Positions 1 through 12,412 of a stretch of DNA of 64,000 nucleotides are shown here, piece after piece. The notes under the pieces are model-generated. The model did not search any database. It had not been told where the DNA came from and saw nothing but the letters and a program-made list of their open reading frames with translations. Within the stretch, counting starts at the first letter, position 1. Each line of letters opens with the position of its first letter. Source of the stretch: Eledone cirrhosa (taxonomy: Eukaryota); contig OZ024742.1 in the NCBI GenBank assembly GCA_964016885.1, forward strand, positions 210,924,001 through 210,988,000, in the 5' to 3' direction. The position numbers were made by a program, and so were the translations under genes.

Positions 1-2334
1 ATCAGTTTTAACAAACAAAAAATTGCTTCAGGTTTAGAAAACTAGGCTATTTCATTTGTTTAAAACCTTTTGCTGCAAATATAAACAATAACGATTCCTA
101 TTTTATAATTATATTATCCTAACATTGTTTGAGGGAAGGGGGTTGAATATGATGGGAATTTTCCCCTTATTCTTTTCGTTTGTTTAGGTTTTCTTCAAAT
201 CTTAGTCTTTTGACATCCAGATCCGTTTGGGCGATCTTCTGGGTTTTTTTTAAAGCATGTAAATGATTGTAGCGAACATTTTTTTAAACACCACAGATAG
301 TTAAAAACACGTTTCATCTATAAGTTGCTTTGAAACAAAAACTTTAATGGTAGGGTAAATCTGAGATAAACTATAGTTTATTTGAAAGTTTTGTAACAGA
401 TGACACTACTCTTTGGTCCCACATACAGCGGTGTGCCTTTCTTCCTAGAAAATAATTTAAAAGCTTGTGTCAAACGAATTTGAAAGTTTTGATAGAAACC
501 TCATCTATAAATTTTAGAAATATATGTGAAAGCCGAACAGCTATTTAAAATGAAAAAATATGTACATATATCAATCGTAAATTAAAAGATGTTTCCAAAT
601 TCTCCAAAAAGTAACAACAAAAATAAATAAAAAGAAACTTTCAAAATCGAGGAAATGTTTAAAATATTTGAGAACTGTTAATTATATATTTGTGATTGAT
701 GAATAAAATATTTAAAAGGAAGTTATTATTTGCAATAGTTATATTTTTTTTAATATTACGCCTATCCGGAGAGGAATTGCGAAGAAATAATAAAGTATGA
801 AACCGGCTTCTCATAAACAAAAATGTTGATAGTAATTTAAATAAGAAAATGCTATATTCTTAGCATTGAACTTGTTTTATTAATTTATTTATACTATTTT
901 TATTTTAGTTCTCTCTGAGATCAACTTGTCGCTTAGTAAATATTTCATCTTAGCGTCTTTCAAGAAAAAAAATAACTTTAAATATTAAAACTAAATGTAT
1001 AGATCTCTGTCAAATTTAAATGATATTATTCATCTTTTCTCCACTTTCGATTTAATTTGTTTCGATATCTGTTATAAAAAGTAAACACGATTAAATTAGC
1101 CAATATACACGTACACATGTAGTGATATATTTTAAAGGTAATTTTCGGATTTAGAAAGAGTAATATCCCTTCCTTGCCTCCATCTATATGTTGTGTTCCA
1201 GCTGAACCATTAAAATATTATTTTATAAGGCAAGAAACCTTTATAGTATATATAATGCTATGAAATCTATGTGTTTTTGTGGGTGTGGAGAAGCATTTTA
1301 AACCTGATTTGATGTTTTACACGTAATATGTATGTAATATTTTGTGAGTGTTCAATAACAGAAGTTGGTTGATTGGAAAGAATATATTTTACAAGTTTTG
1401 ATTGAATATTAATAGGGGTTTTTTTTCTGAAACTAAAATTTTAGTGTGTGTATATAAAAATCACATAATCTTCAAATGTTTGATTTTCTTAATTGTTATA
1501 TTGTTAAACAACTATGATAAATTTATATGTGTATACATGTGAAATGAAATTTTCAGTGACTGAAGTAACACTAGTTACTGCAGTACATTTTGAATTGAAT
1601 TATATGGGAAAGACAAAATTGCTGAATTAGTAGAATTGGCTTTGAATCTTCTGCTTTAAGTAGTCTCCTTAATTATATTGTAAACAATAGAATATTTGAT
1701 TACATACCAAAATCTGTATTTAATCATCTATATTCTTTGGTACTGAATTATTGTTGGAAAGTGTGAATTGAATAAATTATTCAAGGTTGCCATATTTACA
1801 CATGTCTAGCCACAAGATTGAAAATGATCAGAAAAAATCTGGAGAAAGTAAAGATTTAACTGGATATTCGTCAAAAGCCCGTAGACATTAAAAGAAATCG
1901 TCCATGAGCGATGGGTAGCTAGGGAGGGTGGTGGATCTAGGGGAACACCTTAAGATCACTCCCTGCATAAAGGTTTCATTTTGCTTAGCAGATTAATTGA
2001 GCTTAGGAGACTTTTTTTTATTGTTATTATGAACACTGATCTCATTAGTATGACAATGCAATCTTGGTAAAAACAAAATACCAGTTGCTGGAAAATTGAG
2101 ATAAGACAAGGATGTTAATGCATGAAGTAGTTTAATCAGGGCTTCAAAATGAATTTCAGAGATAAAATAATTGTTTCTCAGAGATAAAATAATGAAGAAT
2201 AACATACATTAAGGAGAGTTATTCCTTACTAAACCATGTTTAAACATTTAAATCAGTCTATTGCATTTAAGAGTTCTTAGAGTTCCTTTCTTTATTTAAA
2301 ACAATTTTAAGAAATTTCCTTTTCCTTTCACCTA

Positions 2335-4090
2335 AGGTCAATATATACTTACTTGTTAGACAACAAGACAAACGGACTGTAATAAATACTATGGCCTTCC
2401 CTGGGGAAGAATGCACTGCCCAGTACAAGTGAGTTATTAGTGACATCAAAATAAACAAAATACAGAACAATATATGCAGGAAAATATGGAGACGGAAGGT
2501 GGGAAAGCTAAAGAACCTCTCGGTCAAATATAGGAATGACAAGCTAGATATAAGTAGAGGACAACTGGAAATTCTTACATGACAACCTTTTGCAATCTAC
2601 TGGTGAGACTTATTGCTGGAGTAAAGCGCCAACCAGACAGAGGGTGACCTGGTGGTGAAACAGCACACTAGATGCAGCCATTAAAACTAAGAGACAGAAA
2701 TGGAAAGACCAGAAAAATGAAGGTAGCAGAGACCGGTACCAAGTAGCTAAGAAAGAAGCTAAGCAACAGATATATACTGTTCAGAGAAAGGTTGAAGAAA
2801 GTAAATTTGCCAATGTCTTGAGACATGAGAATCAGAGCCATGAAGTGTTCCGTAAGGCAGTGTGTTAGTGTCAGTCGAGATGTTGAGGAAAAATGTGTTA
2901 GAAATGACAGTGATGCACTTAGCACCACTGATGCCCAAAAGAGGCTTGGAAATGTTACTATGAGAGATTGATGAATGGGAGAGATTGATGAAAGGAAGGA
3001 CCAGTTATTGAAGCTGATAGTTTTAGGGTCAAAGATGCAATCAAGGAGATTAAAAATGGTTGCTGAGATGCTAAAAGTATCAGAAGAGGTAAGAGTCAAA
3101 ATAGTAACCCATATAGTCAATCATGTACTACATGACGGAGTCATACCCAATGACTGGCGCAGCAGTACAATCATGAATTACTATAAGGGCAAAGCTGATG
3201 TTCTAGAAAGGAGCAACTACAGAGGAATAAAACTAATGGACTGAGTTATGAAGTGACAGAAAGAGTAATTAAGAGTCAAAATAGATGAGATGCAGTTTGG
3301 TGTCGGGCCTGGGAAAAGTACTACAGATGCCCGCTTCTTAGTGAGGCAACTACAACAGAAGTTCCTTACCAAAAATAAACCACTTTTGTTGATCTAGAGA
3401 AGGTCTTTGACAGAGTACGTCAATCTATTATCTAGTGGTCCTTAAGGAAATTAGTCATAGAAGAATGGCTTGGAAATTAGTCATAGAAGAATGGCTTGTG
3501 CGAGCAGTGCAAGCTATGTACATAGGAGCTGTCAGTAAAGTGAAAGTAGGAAACGAGTTTAGCGAGGAATTCAAGGTGCAGGTAGGAGTTCATCAAGATT
3601 CAGTTTTAAACCCACAGTTATTCATAATAGTTCTTCAGGCCATAACAGAGGAGTTTAAAACGGGCTGCCCATGGAAACTTCTCTATGCAGATGATTTAGT
3701 CCTTATAGCTGAAACCAAAAGAAGAGCTAGAAAATAAATTCCAATAATGAAAACTGAATTTGGAATGAAAAGGCCTGAGAGTAAACTTAGCCAAAACTTA
3801 AGTGTTAGTGATTTGGAGAGAAGTCAGGACCCAGATTCCCTCAGGGAAGTGGCCATGCTCAATATACAGAAAAGGAACAGGCATAAACTCCATACAATGA
3901 ACACAATGATATAAATCTTGGGTACACAAAAGATGTAGTGGGATATTGAGTAGATTAACAGGAAGGGAGAACTTTGCTTGTAGAAGATGCACAGGAGAAA
4001 TTGAGAGGAAAACTACTAATGATATAAACCTTTATCAGTCACATGAAGGATCCATAGATTTGGTTGATAGTTTCTGCTGTCTAGAGGACC
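2335..4090 (+). pseudogene. Decayed RTE-clade LINE fragment (end of APE endonuclease plus RT)
   Basis: Fragmented frames match the window's near-intact RTE: 'IPNDWRSSTIMNYYKGKADVLERSNYRGIKLMD', 'VGVHQDSVLNPQLFIIVLQAITEEFKTGCPWKLLYADDL'. Many stops and frameshifts. Confidence 0.9.
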
Positions 4091-4342
4091 TAAGCCGAGA
4101 ATCATTCGGTTTCCTAAATAGAATTTTAGTCTACGACTTCAGTTATACCATAAACGTGGTTTTGTCTTTGCGTGTAATTGTTCCCATCGCTCCACATAAT
4201 GACGTATTATCTTCGTTTTTTCTGTTCATTGCCAGAGAACGTTTCCACGAACCACCTAATAGAATATTAGTCTACGACTTCATTTATACCATAAACGTGG
4301 TTTTGTCTTTGCGTGTAATTGTTTTCACCGCTCCAAATAATG

Positions 4343-4440
4343 GTTTCTTATATAGGCACAAGGCCAGCAATTTTGGGGGAGGAGAAAGTCGATTAAATCG
4401 ACCCCCAGTGCGTGACTGGTACTTTATTTTATCGACCCCG
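4343..4440 (-). mobile_element. Truncated SINE family B (3' part)
   Basis: 'ggcacaaggccagcaatt...ctggtactttattttatcgaccccg' matches the 3' half of the SINEs at 30105-30290 and 33071-33260. Confidence 0.75.
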
Positions 4441-4582
4441 TCAAATAATGATGTATTATCTTCATTTTTTTCCCTTCTTTGTCAGGGAACATTTCCACAA
4501 ACCAAAGTAACGTCTTCCTGTCTTCCTTTGGTTGCAACGTTTTTCGAAATATTTACTTCTGCGTTCACAGATTGATTTTTTT

Positions 4583-4633
4583 AGTTTCAGAAGATCCCGT
4601 TAAGGGTGAAAGCAGCGATTCTTTGCTTAAACT
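4583..4633 (+). ncRNA. Type I hammerhead-like motif, variant core CAGAAGA
   Basis: agttt-CAGAAGA-tCCCgttaaGGGt-GAAA-GCA...TGC-TT-aaact: stems I, II and III present; U4 replaced by A. Confidence 0.55.
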
Positions 4634-5159
4634 TTAATCTGTTATTTTAATAAATATTATATATATATATATTTCGTTTCTGAATTTGTTTAGCAAGATT
4701 CTTTATCTGAAAACGTGTGTTGAAACCGATATTGTTATACTTTGGGAGGGTCATGTTGCCAATAAGAAACACACGCACCAGTTGCTTTCACTTCAATTTA
4801 TTATAATAAATTTATAAATTTAGGAATTTACAAATTTCTGGTTGGTTGGTTGGTTCCACAACCAGATGGTTGTTTATATATTGTCAAAGTTCTTTCGTCA
4901 CACATTCTGTGACCTCTTCAGTGACTGGGGATTCTTTTCTTTGTTTTTGTGCCTCTCCTTTGTTCTGTCCTATGCCATCTTGTTTCTGTGTGTGTGTTGT
5001 GCGCTCAGTCTGCGCATGCGCCACATCCGGGTGTCTGTGTGTGTTTATATTCGTTTATTTATTTGTTTATTTACATGTTACAGGTTGGTTGTTTGTTCTA
5101 TGTGCGTGTGTGTTTTCATTTTGTCCTTAATTGTAAGTTGTGATGTTGCTGTTCCACTC

Positions 5160-6630
5160 ATATTTTGGTTGTAATTCTTTTATGTTGATTGCCTCTGTGA
5201 TTTGTCTAAACATTGCGTCTTTTCTGTGTGTAGATTCTATTTTTATTTCTATGTTCTCTAATTTACCCTTATGTTCTATTTTAGCATGTTGGTAGAGTAC
5301 AGATGATTCTTTACTATCTTGAAGGTCTCACCAGTGTTCATTTATCCGTTCCCCTACACTACGAGCTGTCTCGCCTATGTACACTATATTTTTGTCTCTA
5401 CATTGTCCTTCAGTACATCTTATGCTATATACTACATTTCTAGTTTTACAGTTAATATGGGGGCTTAATTTACAGGTTATACATTTCTTATCTATACAGG
5501 GAGGTCTTTGAAAAGGGTATGTCTTGCTAATAAGTGTTTTTATGGAGGTACCTGGTCTTTCTACTATCTTAATATTGAGTTTATGTTTATCTAGGGCCCT
5601 TCTAAATTTATAAGCTAATTCACCTCTAGGGGTTGTATCGATGAACATTACACTCTGGTATTTATTGTTATCATACCATGAGTTTATTCTATTAGCCTTA
5701 TTCCTAGTTCTTTCTATTCTATTCCAAAATTTGCTCCTATACAAGGGGCAGGTTCCATTTGTGTCATTATTTACCATTTTTTCCCATTTGGTTCTGGCTC
5801 CACTATACACTCTGATTTTATCTCTCTGATTGTAACCAGAGAACTGCATACGGTGGATGAAGTGTTGTATGTGTCTCTCTAGTTCTTCGGGGTTGCACAT
5901 GCGGGACACGTTTCTCATCACCCGTACCAAATCCGCAATCAGTATGTTGATTTTGGTATGGTCTGAAACAGCTGAGTTTCGGTGGATCAGATATTTGGAA
6001 GTCATGGGTTTGGCATAATGGGAATGGAGGATTTGTTTTTTGTTATTAATGGTATCTAACCAGAGCTCTGTGTCTAGTACAGGTAATCGATGGTTGGGGT
6101 GTTTGCTTGGGTAGTCTATAGTAACTCTAATACTCTGGTGGATGGAGTTAGCTATTTGCTGGATGCTTTCCATTGTGTTTTTCTCTAATTCCTGACTGTT
6201 CTCTAGTGGGGGTGTTTTAACTACGATGTTTATATCATCAATGTAGCGGAAGTACATTATCAGGGTTAAGGGGGTCTTCTAATTGTTCTTTAAGTCTAAG
6301 TTTAAGTCTACTGTCCCACCATACCATGAATAAGTTAGCTATGTCGCCTGCAATGCTAACACCAATGGCTGCACCCTCCTCTTGGGCATATGTTTTTCCA
6401 TTAAATTTGAACATATGTTCCTTAAGGGTTAATTTTATGCTGGCCCCCACTGCATATGCAATCATTTTCTTTAGTTCGTAGTTTTCGGGGGTCCGTATGA
6501 CTCTGGTCCACCCGTTCCATCTATCTGTGTGGGTTTTCTTGGCCATTGAAGTAATGGTAGTTGGTCTGCCTCTTGCTGGTCTTGTAGGGCACAGGTTGCT
6601 AATGTCATATGTGTCTAGATAATTATTACT
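5160..6630 (-). pseudogene. PLE reverse transcriptase plus GIY-YIG endonuclease (frameshifted, premature stop)
   Basis: 'QEEGAAIGVSIAGDIANLFM', 'YFRYIDD', 'PVLD', Cys linker 'CIDKKCITC', 'NVVYSIRC...YIGETARSVGERINEH'. Frameshift near 6245; TGA at 5328. Confidence 0.9.
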
Positions 6631-6913
6631 CGAGGCAATAAACATAAAAGAATTACAACCAAAATTAAATAGAAAACATGAGTGGAACAGCAACATCACA
6701 ACTTACAATTAAGGAGAAAATGAAAACACACACGCACATAGAACAAACAACCAACCTGTAACATGTAAATAAACAAATAAATAAACGAATATAAACACAC
6801 ACAGACACCCGGTTGTGGCGCATGCGCAGACTGAGCACACAACACACAAACAGAAACAAGATGGCGTAGGACAGAACATAGGAGAGGCACAAAAACAAAG
6901 AAAAGAATCCCCA

Positions 6914-6956
6914 GTCACTGAAGAAGTCACAGAATGTGTGACGAAAGAACTTTGAC
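6914..6956 (+). ncRNA. Minimal type I hammerhead ribozyme in pLTR (second copy 4883-4925, minus strand)
   Basis: gtca-CTGAAGA-aGTCACagaatgtGTGAC-GAAA-GaaC-TT-tgac. Confidence 0.7.
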
Positions 6957-7121
6957 AATATATAAACAACCATCTGGTTGTGGAACCAACCAACCAACCG
7001 AAAATTTGTAAATTCCTAAATTTATAAATTTATTATAATAAATTGAAGTGAAAGCAACTGGTGCATGTGTTTCTTATTGGCAATATGGCCCTCCCAAAGT
7101 ATAACAATATATATATATATA

Positions 7122-8135
7122 TATATCATAAATCATGTCTTTAGAATCATCAGATATTAAAATATATACTATTTCTTCTTCTAATTCGCATAATTAACCA
7201 TATACAAATCAATCTTAGCAAGCTATAAGAATAAATTCTCTTATGGGAAAATCTCCGACAAATAATCGATCGTAGCCTCTTCGCGGCAGCCCCGTTCCAT
7301 TATTTATCCAACATTTCGACAGCATGTAGAAACTGACTAAATATACCATCAGCCATACAGAATTAGTTGTAAAATTAAACTTAGAAGAAATGCGCACATA
7401 CCGTAATTATATCTCTACCATGGTTTCTTCCTTATTTAGGACATCTAAATAATAGGAATGTCCAGAGCTAGGTTTCATCAGGAGACAAACTCAAAATCAG
7501 ACATCTAGTTTTTCAAACCAATCCCGCCAAAATTAGATTAAAAAATGGCTAAAAATCGCTATGTAGCTGTGTTCCAGCCAGAGAGAAAGAGTGATTGGTT
7601 GCTTACGGCGGGTAGGCTTGCTGCTAGAAAGCGCAGCCAAATATCGCCAAATTTAATCTCAACCTATTGGGAGATTATTAAATATAAAGGTTATCATATA
7701 CATAAAGTTAAAGATATATATATGTTGCAACTGTTCACTTTTAAGCTCTATGAAGAATTAATATATTAAAATAAAAAAATCAGAGCATTATATCATAAAT
7801 CACGTCTAGAATCATCAGATATTAAAATATATACTATTTCTTCTTCTGATTCGCATAATTAACCATATACAAATCAATCTTAGCAAGCTATAAGAATAAA
7901 TTCTCTTATGGGGAAATCTCCGACAAATAATCGATCGTAGCCTCTTCGCGGCAAACCCGTTCCATTATTTATCCAACATTTCGACAGCATGTAGAAACTG
8001 ACTAAATATACCATCAACCATACAGAATTAGTTGTAAAATTAAACTTAGAAGAAATGCGCACATACCGTAATTATATCTCTACCATGGTTTCTTCCTTAT
8101 TTAGGACATCCAAATAATAGGAATGTCCAGAGCTA
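7122..8135 (-). repeat. Non-coding ~667-bp unit with partial tandem copy (PLE-like partial tandem)
   Basis: 7122-7469 is repeated at 7789-8135 with few differences; bounded by TA-rich sequence. Confidence 0.75.
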
Positions 8136-8141
8136 TATAAT

Positions 8142-8296
8142 GGCGGCACATGGCTTAGTGGTTAGAGCATTGGGCTTGCAATCGAAAGGTTGTGAGTTCA
8201 ATTCACAGACCGGGTGATGTGTTGTTTCCTTGAGCAAGACACTTTATTTTACATTGCTCCAGTTTTACTCAGCTGTAGAAATGAGATGATAGGACT
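8142..8296 (+). mobile_element. tRNA-derived SINE family A, 5' half
   Basis: A box TGGCTTAGTGG, B box GAGTTCAATTC, then 'ccttgagcaagacactt'; matches 11762-12112. Confidence 0.85.
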
Positions 8297-8312
8297 ATAT
8301 ATATATATATAT

Positions 8313-8392
8313 TATCATCATTTCATTTCATTTCATTTTTACGTCCGCTTTTTCCCTGCTTGCAAGGGTGGGACGGTAACTGATTTTGGCTT
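8313..8392 (-). mobile_element. SINE family A 3' tail fragment
   Basis: Reverse complement of 'aagccagaatcagttcccgtcc..cccttgcaagcagggaaaagcggacgtaaaatga'. Confidence 0.75.
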
Positions 8393-8476
8393 ATATATAT
8401 ATATAATATATTATATATATTATATATATATAATAAATTATATATATTATATATATATATATTATATATATATATA

Positions 8477-9795
8477 TCATCATCATCATCATCAGGTTTA
8501 GCGTCCGTGTACCACGCTTGCATGGGTTTGGACGGGGGTTTTCCCACTTGAGGCAAGAGTGGTTGTCTTGCTCGCATAGGACTGTCTGGCGGGTTTTCTA
8601 CAGTTGGATGCCCTTCCTAACACCAACCACATTTACAGTGTGGGGCTGGGAGGTTTTTACCGTGTTGCCTACACGGCCACATTACGGCGTGGACTGTCTG
8701 GCGGGTTTTCTACAGCTGGATGCCCTTCCTAACACCAACCACATTTACAGTGTGGGGCTGGGAGGTTTTTACCGTGTTGCCTACACGGCCACATTTACAG
8801 CGTGGACTGTGTGTTTTTTGTCGTGACACCTACACGATCTCATTTGTTTCGGCCTGGATGTTGTGGGACCAACATAACTTTACATTGAAAGGAGCGGTGT
8901 TGGTGGGGTGGAGGTGGTGGGACGGGGGTGTGTTTTGATAGAGATGCCTACTGACTGTAGTAGGTTTTTACTTTGTATTTAGGTAAGGCGGGTCTTCTCT
9001 ATTACTGAGTACCGCCAAAGGTCTCGGTCCAGTGACATTGTCTTGGAGAGGTGTAAGCGTGTGAGGTCGGAATTTATCAGCTCGTCCCATGTTTTTCTGG
9101 GTCTGCCTACTCCGTGGCTACCGTCTATCTTTATTGCCCTGCACATTTTTATACAGCTGTCGTCTTTCATGCGCATCACGTGACCATACCAACGTAGCCT
9201 TCTCTCGAGTAAACAACATCTGATCCCTCTTATTTCTAATTTTTCCCTTAGTTCGTTTATGCTTTGCCGTTCGCGTATATTACTATTACACATCCAGCGG
9301 AGCATGCAAGCTTCGTTCCTCTCTAGTCTGCATATATCCTCTGCACACAATGCCCAGGTCTCACTGCCATGCAACATTGCTGTTCGTATGCAGGCATCAT
9401 ACAGCCTGCCTTTCATTTTTAGGGAGAACCCTTTAGCGGCTAATAGTGGTATAAGCTCTCTGAACTTTTTCCATCCAGTTCTGACTCTAGCTACTGTACT
9501 TTCAGAGCACCCTCCCCCACTGCTGATTTTGTCACCCAGGTAACGGAAGCTGTCCACTATTTCTATAGAACCATCTGTGCAATGGAATGAGCTAGTATTC
9601 TGTGGGCACTTGCTGCTACTTATTGCACCAGAGCACCGGCCACATGTAAAATCTATGATCCCACTACATCTTTTATGCACCCATACTTTGCATTTAGGAC
9701 ATAAAATGGAGTTTCTACCTACGCCTTTCCTACACACTGAGCATGGCCATTTCCCGGAAGGGACCGGCGCCTCCTACAAACTAGAACTTTAGTCT
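8477..9795 (-). mobile_element. 5'-truncated RTE LINE, family 1
   Basis: ORF 8979-9737 is nearly identical to the C-terminus of the 955-aa ORF (21-bp in-frame deletion); full 3'UTR and (TGA)n tail. Confidence 0.95.
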
Positions 9796-9804
9796 ATATA
9801 TATA

Positions 9805-9860
<56 letters not shown>

Positions 9861-9861
<1 letters not shown>

Positions 9862-11105
9862 CTTTGATAGGTTTCGGCCAGTATTGGCCCAGGCCATGTC
9901 TAACTTAATAGCACCACCTGGCTAGATTATGGGTGTTTGTGGTGGTCTATAGAGCCCAACTAATGTCAGGACATTGGCTTTATTGTGCACAGTGACTGAT
10001 TCACAGTATCCATTAGAGAATGTTGTGTTGCCATCTGCCGTAAAGGAATCATGCAGGAAAATGGCAGTTCCACCCTTCCTTCTGCCAACATGATCCGCAC
10101 GGATGATTGTGAAATTTCTCACTCTTACTTCGGCCTCCAAGTGGGAGTTGTCAAGGTGGGTCTCAGTAAGAATGACTAAGGGAATGTGAAATGGATGGTT
10201 ACCAATCCAATCCTCAATGAATTGGATCTTCCATTTCTGTGCATTGATGGATGGGCTGATACCTTGTGTATTGAGTAAGAATGTGGAGGCTAGTGTGGTG
10301 GCTGGTTTTGACTGTTGCAGAGGGCATGTTTTGTGATTGTGAGTTAGTGACAGCAAGGATGGTATTGGGTGATGGCTAAAATGTTTTTCTCTATCTCTTT
10401 TGCCAGGTTCATGGCTAGAAAAGAAAGATATTCTTTTGTTCAGGAAGCAGTTTTTGATTGGATTTGTGGTTACAACATTGGATAGGGTTGCAGTTCCCTC
10501 TTTTGTTGTTGTTGTTGTATTTGTTGTATTTGTTGTAATTGTGTCTTTGTGAGAAGACTGGAGCAGCGTTATTTTTGTTGTTGTTGTGATCGTGTCTTTG
10601 TGAAAAGACTGGAGCAGCATTACTTTTGTTGTTTTTGTTGTTGTAATCATGTCTTTGTGAGGAGACTGGGGCAGCATTACCGCAGCAGGGGTGGCTTTAT
10701 TGTGGTTTGTGGGTTGGGATGAAGCCCCTTTACTGTTCGTACGTTGTGTCCCAGGAAGATGAGTGAAGGGACAGTCAGTCAGCAGACATAGCCTCTCACG
10801 TTGGGAATGTTGGCAGATTTTGGGACTGCGACCTATACGTGCAGGCAGCGTGCTTTGGTGTTGGCTGGCAGTGTTAGTGCGTCTAGTACCCGGTAAATGG
10901 GTAAATATACAGTCGCTACATGTGCATAGCCTCTGACGTAGTGAGTAGCGGCATATTTTGAGGTTTCTAGTTTTTTAAAAGTTCTTTTGACTATGGCATG
11001 GTTGTGGTGGTGATGTGGGGGAAGAAAGCATTAGTGGTCCATTACTATCAGGTGGTGTGGCAGAAGATGGTGATGGTGGTGATGGTGATGGCGATAATGA
11101 TTGCT
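9861..11105 (-). mobile_element. Internally deleted CR1/L2-like LINE (zinc-finger region plus APE start, joined to 3' tail)
   Basis: APE motifs 'LNTQGI..ILTETHL..RADHVGRRKGGTAIF..GLYRPP'; two upstream Cys/His motifs ('CQHSQRERLCLLTDCPFTH' type); terminus 'catggcc..ggccgaaac' resembles the tail at 35215-35270. Confidence 0.7.
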
Positions 11106-11145
11106 GAGTGAGTGTATATATATATATATATACACATACATACAC

Positions 11146-11278
11146 ATCCAGCTGTAGAAAACCCGCCAGACAGTCCTATGCGAGCAAGACAATCACTCTT
11201 GCCTCAAGTGGGAAAACCCCCGTCCAAACCCATGCAAGCGTGGAACACGGACGTTAAACGTTGATGATGATGATGATA
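11146..11278 (+). mobile_element. RTE family 1 3'-end fragment
   Basis: Matches the last ~130 nt of the family 1 3'UTR plus (TGA)n. Confidence 0.9.
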
Positions 11279-11761
11279 CACACACATATATATATCTATT
11301 TGAAAAACACCCTGCCATTATATACTCATCAAAGGTCAGCTAATGAAATAAAACCAGCAGGAGGGGATGTTTACAACAACCTTCTCAAACACCCTTATCT
11401 TGATGTCAACCTCACCATTTTCTGAGTGTATATATGTATGTGTGTGTGTGTGTATGAGTGTGTGCATGTATGTGTGTGTATGCTTTAATTCCTCCAAATC
11501 ATCAACACTAATTAACACCACACCCCCACACAGACACATCCAAATCTCCCTTATATATAATCACATATTATATATATATATATATATATAAATACATTAT
11601 ATATATTATATATATATATACATATATTATATATATTATATATATATATGTATATATATATATATACATATATATTATATATATAATATCGGCCTGCCCG
11701 CCCAGCCAGTGGGATGGCATTATCTTATGGCTAAAACAGCACGACGTGCTGTGACCAGCGT

Positions 11762-12112
11762 GAAGGCGCCTGGCTTAGCGGTTAGAGCATTGGCCTTGCA
11801 ATCGAAAGGTTGTGAGTTCAATTCTCAGACCAGGGTGATGCGTTGTTTCCTTGAGCAAGACACTTTATTTCACATTGCTCCAGTTTACTCAGCTGTAGAA
11901 ATGAGATGATAGGGACTGGGGTCCCTATCATTCCACTGTAAAGTGGTCGTGGAGGTGCCACAAAAAAAAAAAAAAAGCACCCTGCACTCACTGTATATGA
12001 GGTTGGTGTTAGGAAGGGCATCCAGCCGTAGAAATCAAGCCAGAATCAGTTCCCGTCCTACCCTTGCAACCAGGGAAAAGCGGACGTAAAATGATGATGA
12101 TGATGATGATGA
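11762..12112 (+). mobile_element. Full-length tRNA-derived SINE family A with RTE-related body and tail
   Basis: A and B boxes, 'ccttgagcaagacactt' core, 'ggttggtgttaggaagggcatccag' segment and 'cggacgtaaaatgatgatg' tail. Confidence 0.9.
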
Positions 12113-12115
12113 TAC

Positions 12116-12229
<114 letters not shown>

Positions 12230-12315
12230 TTATATATATATATACATACATATATTATATATTATATATATATATATATACATATATATATTATATATAT
12301 ATATATATATATACA

Positions 12316-12395
<80 letters not shown>

Positions 12396-12412
12396 TATAT
12401 ATTTATATATAT

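Larger units (their letters stand above)
4091..4660 (+). mobile_element. PLE terminal-repeat (pLTR) remnant with internal ~140-bp tandem repeat and HHR; same family as 30860-31340
   Basis: Sequence closely matches 30880-31250, which abuts a PLE ORF fragment; ends in (TA)n; interrupted by a SINE piece. Confidence 0.65.
4672..7110 (-). mobile_element. 5'-truncated GIY-YIG Penelope-like element with inverted pLTR
   Basis: 4729-5195 is inverted-repeated at 6632-7110; extra ~57-nt tail on one arm only (4672-4728); RT and GIY-YIG frames inside; flanked by (TA)n. Confidence 0.9.

Noticed and set aside
1-2330. Host exon near 1787-1850 and short ORFs
   Set aside because: No recognisable protein motif; splice signals alone are not enough.
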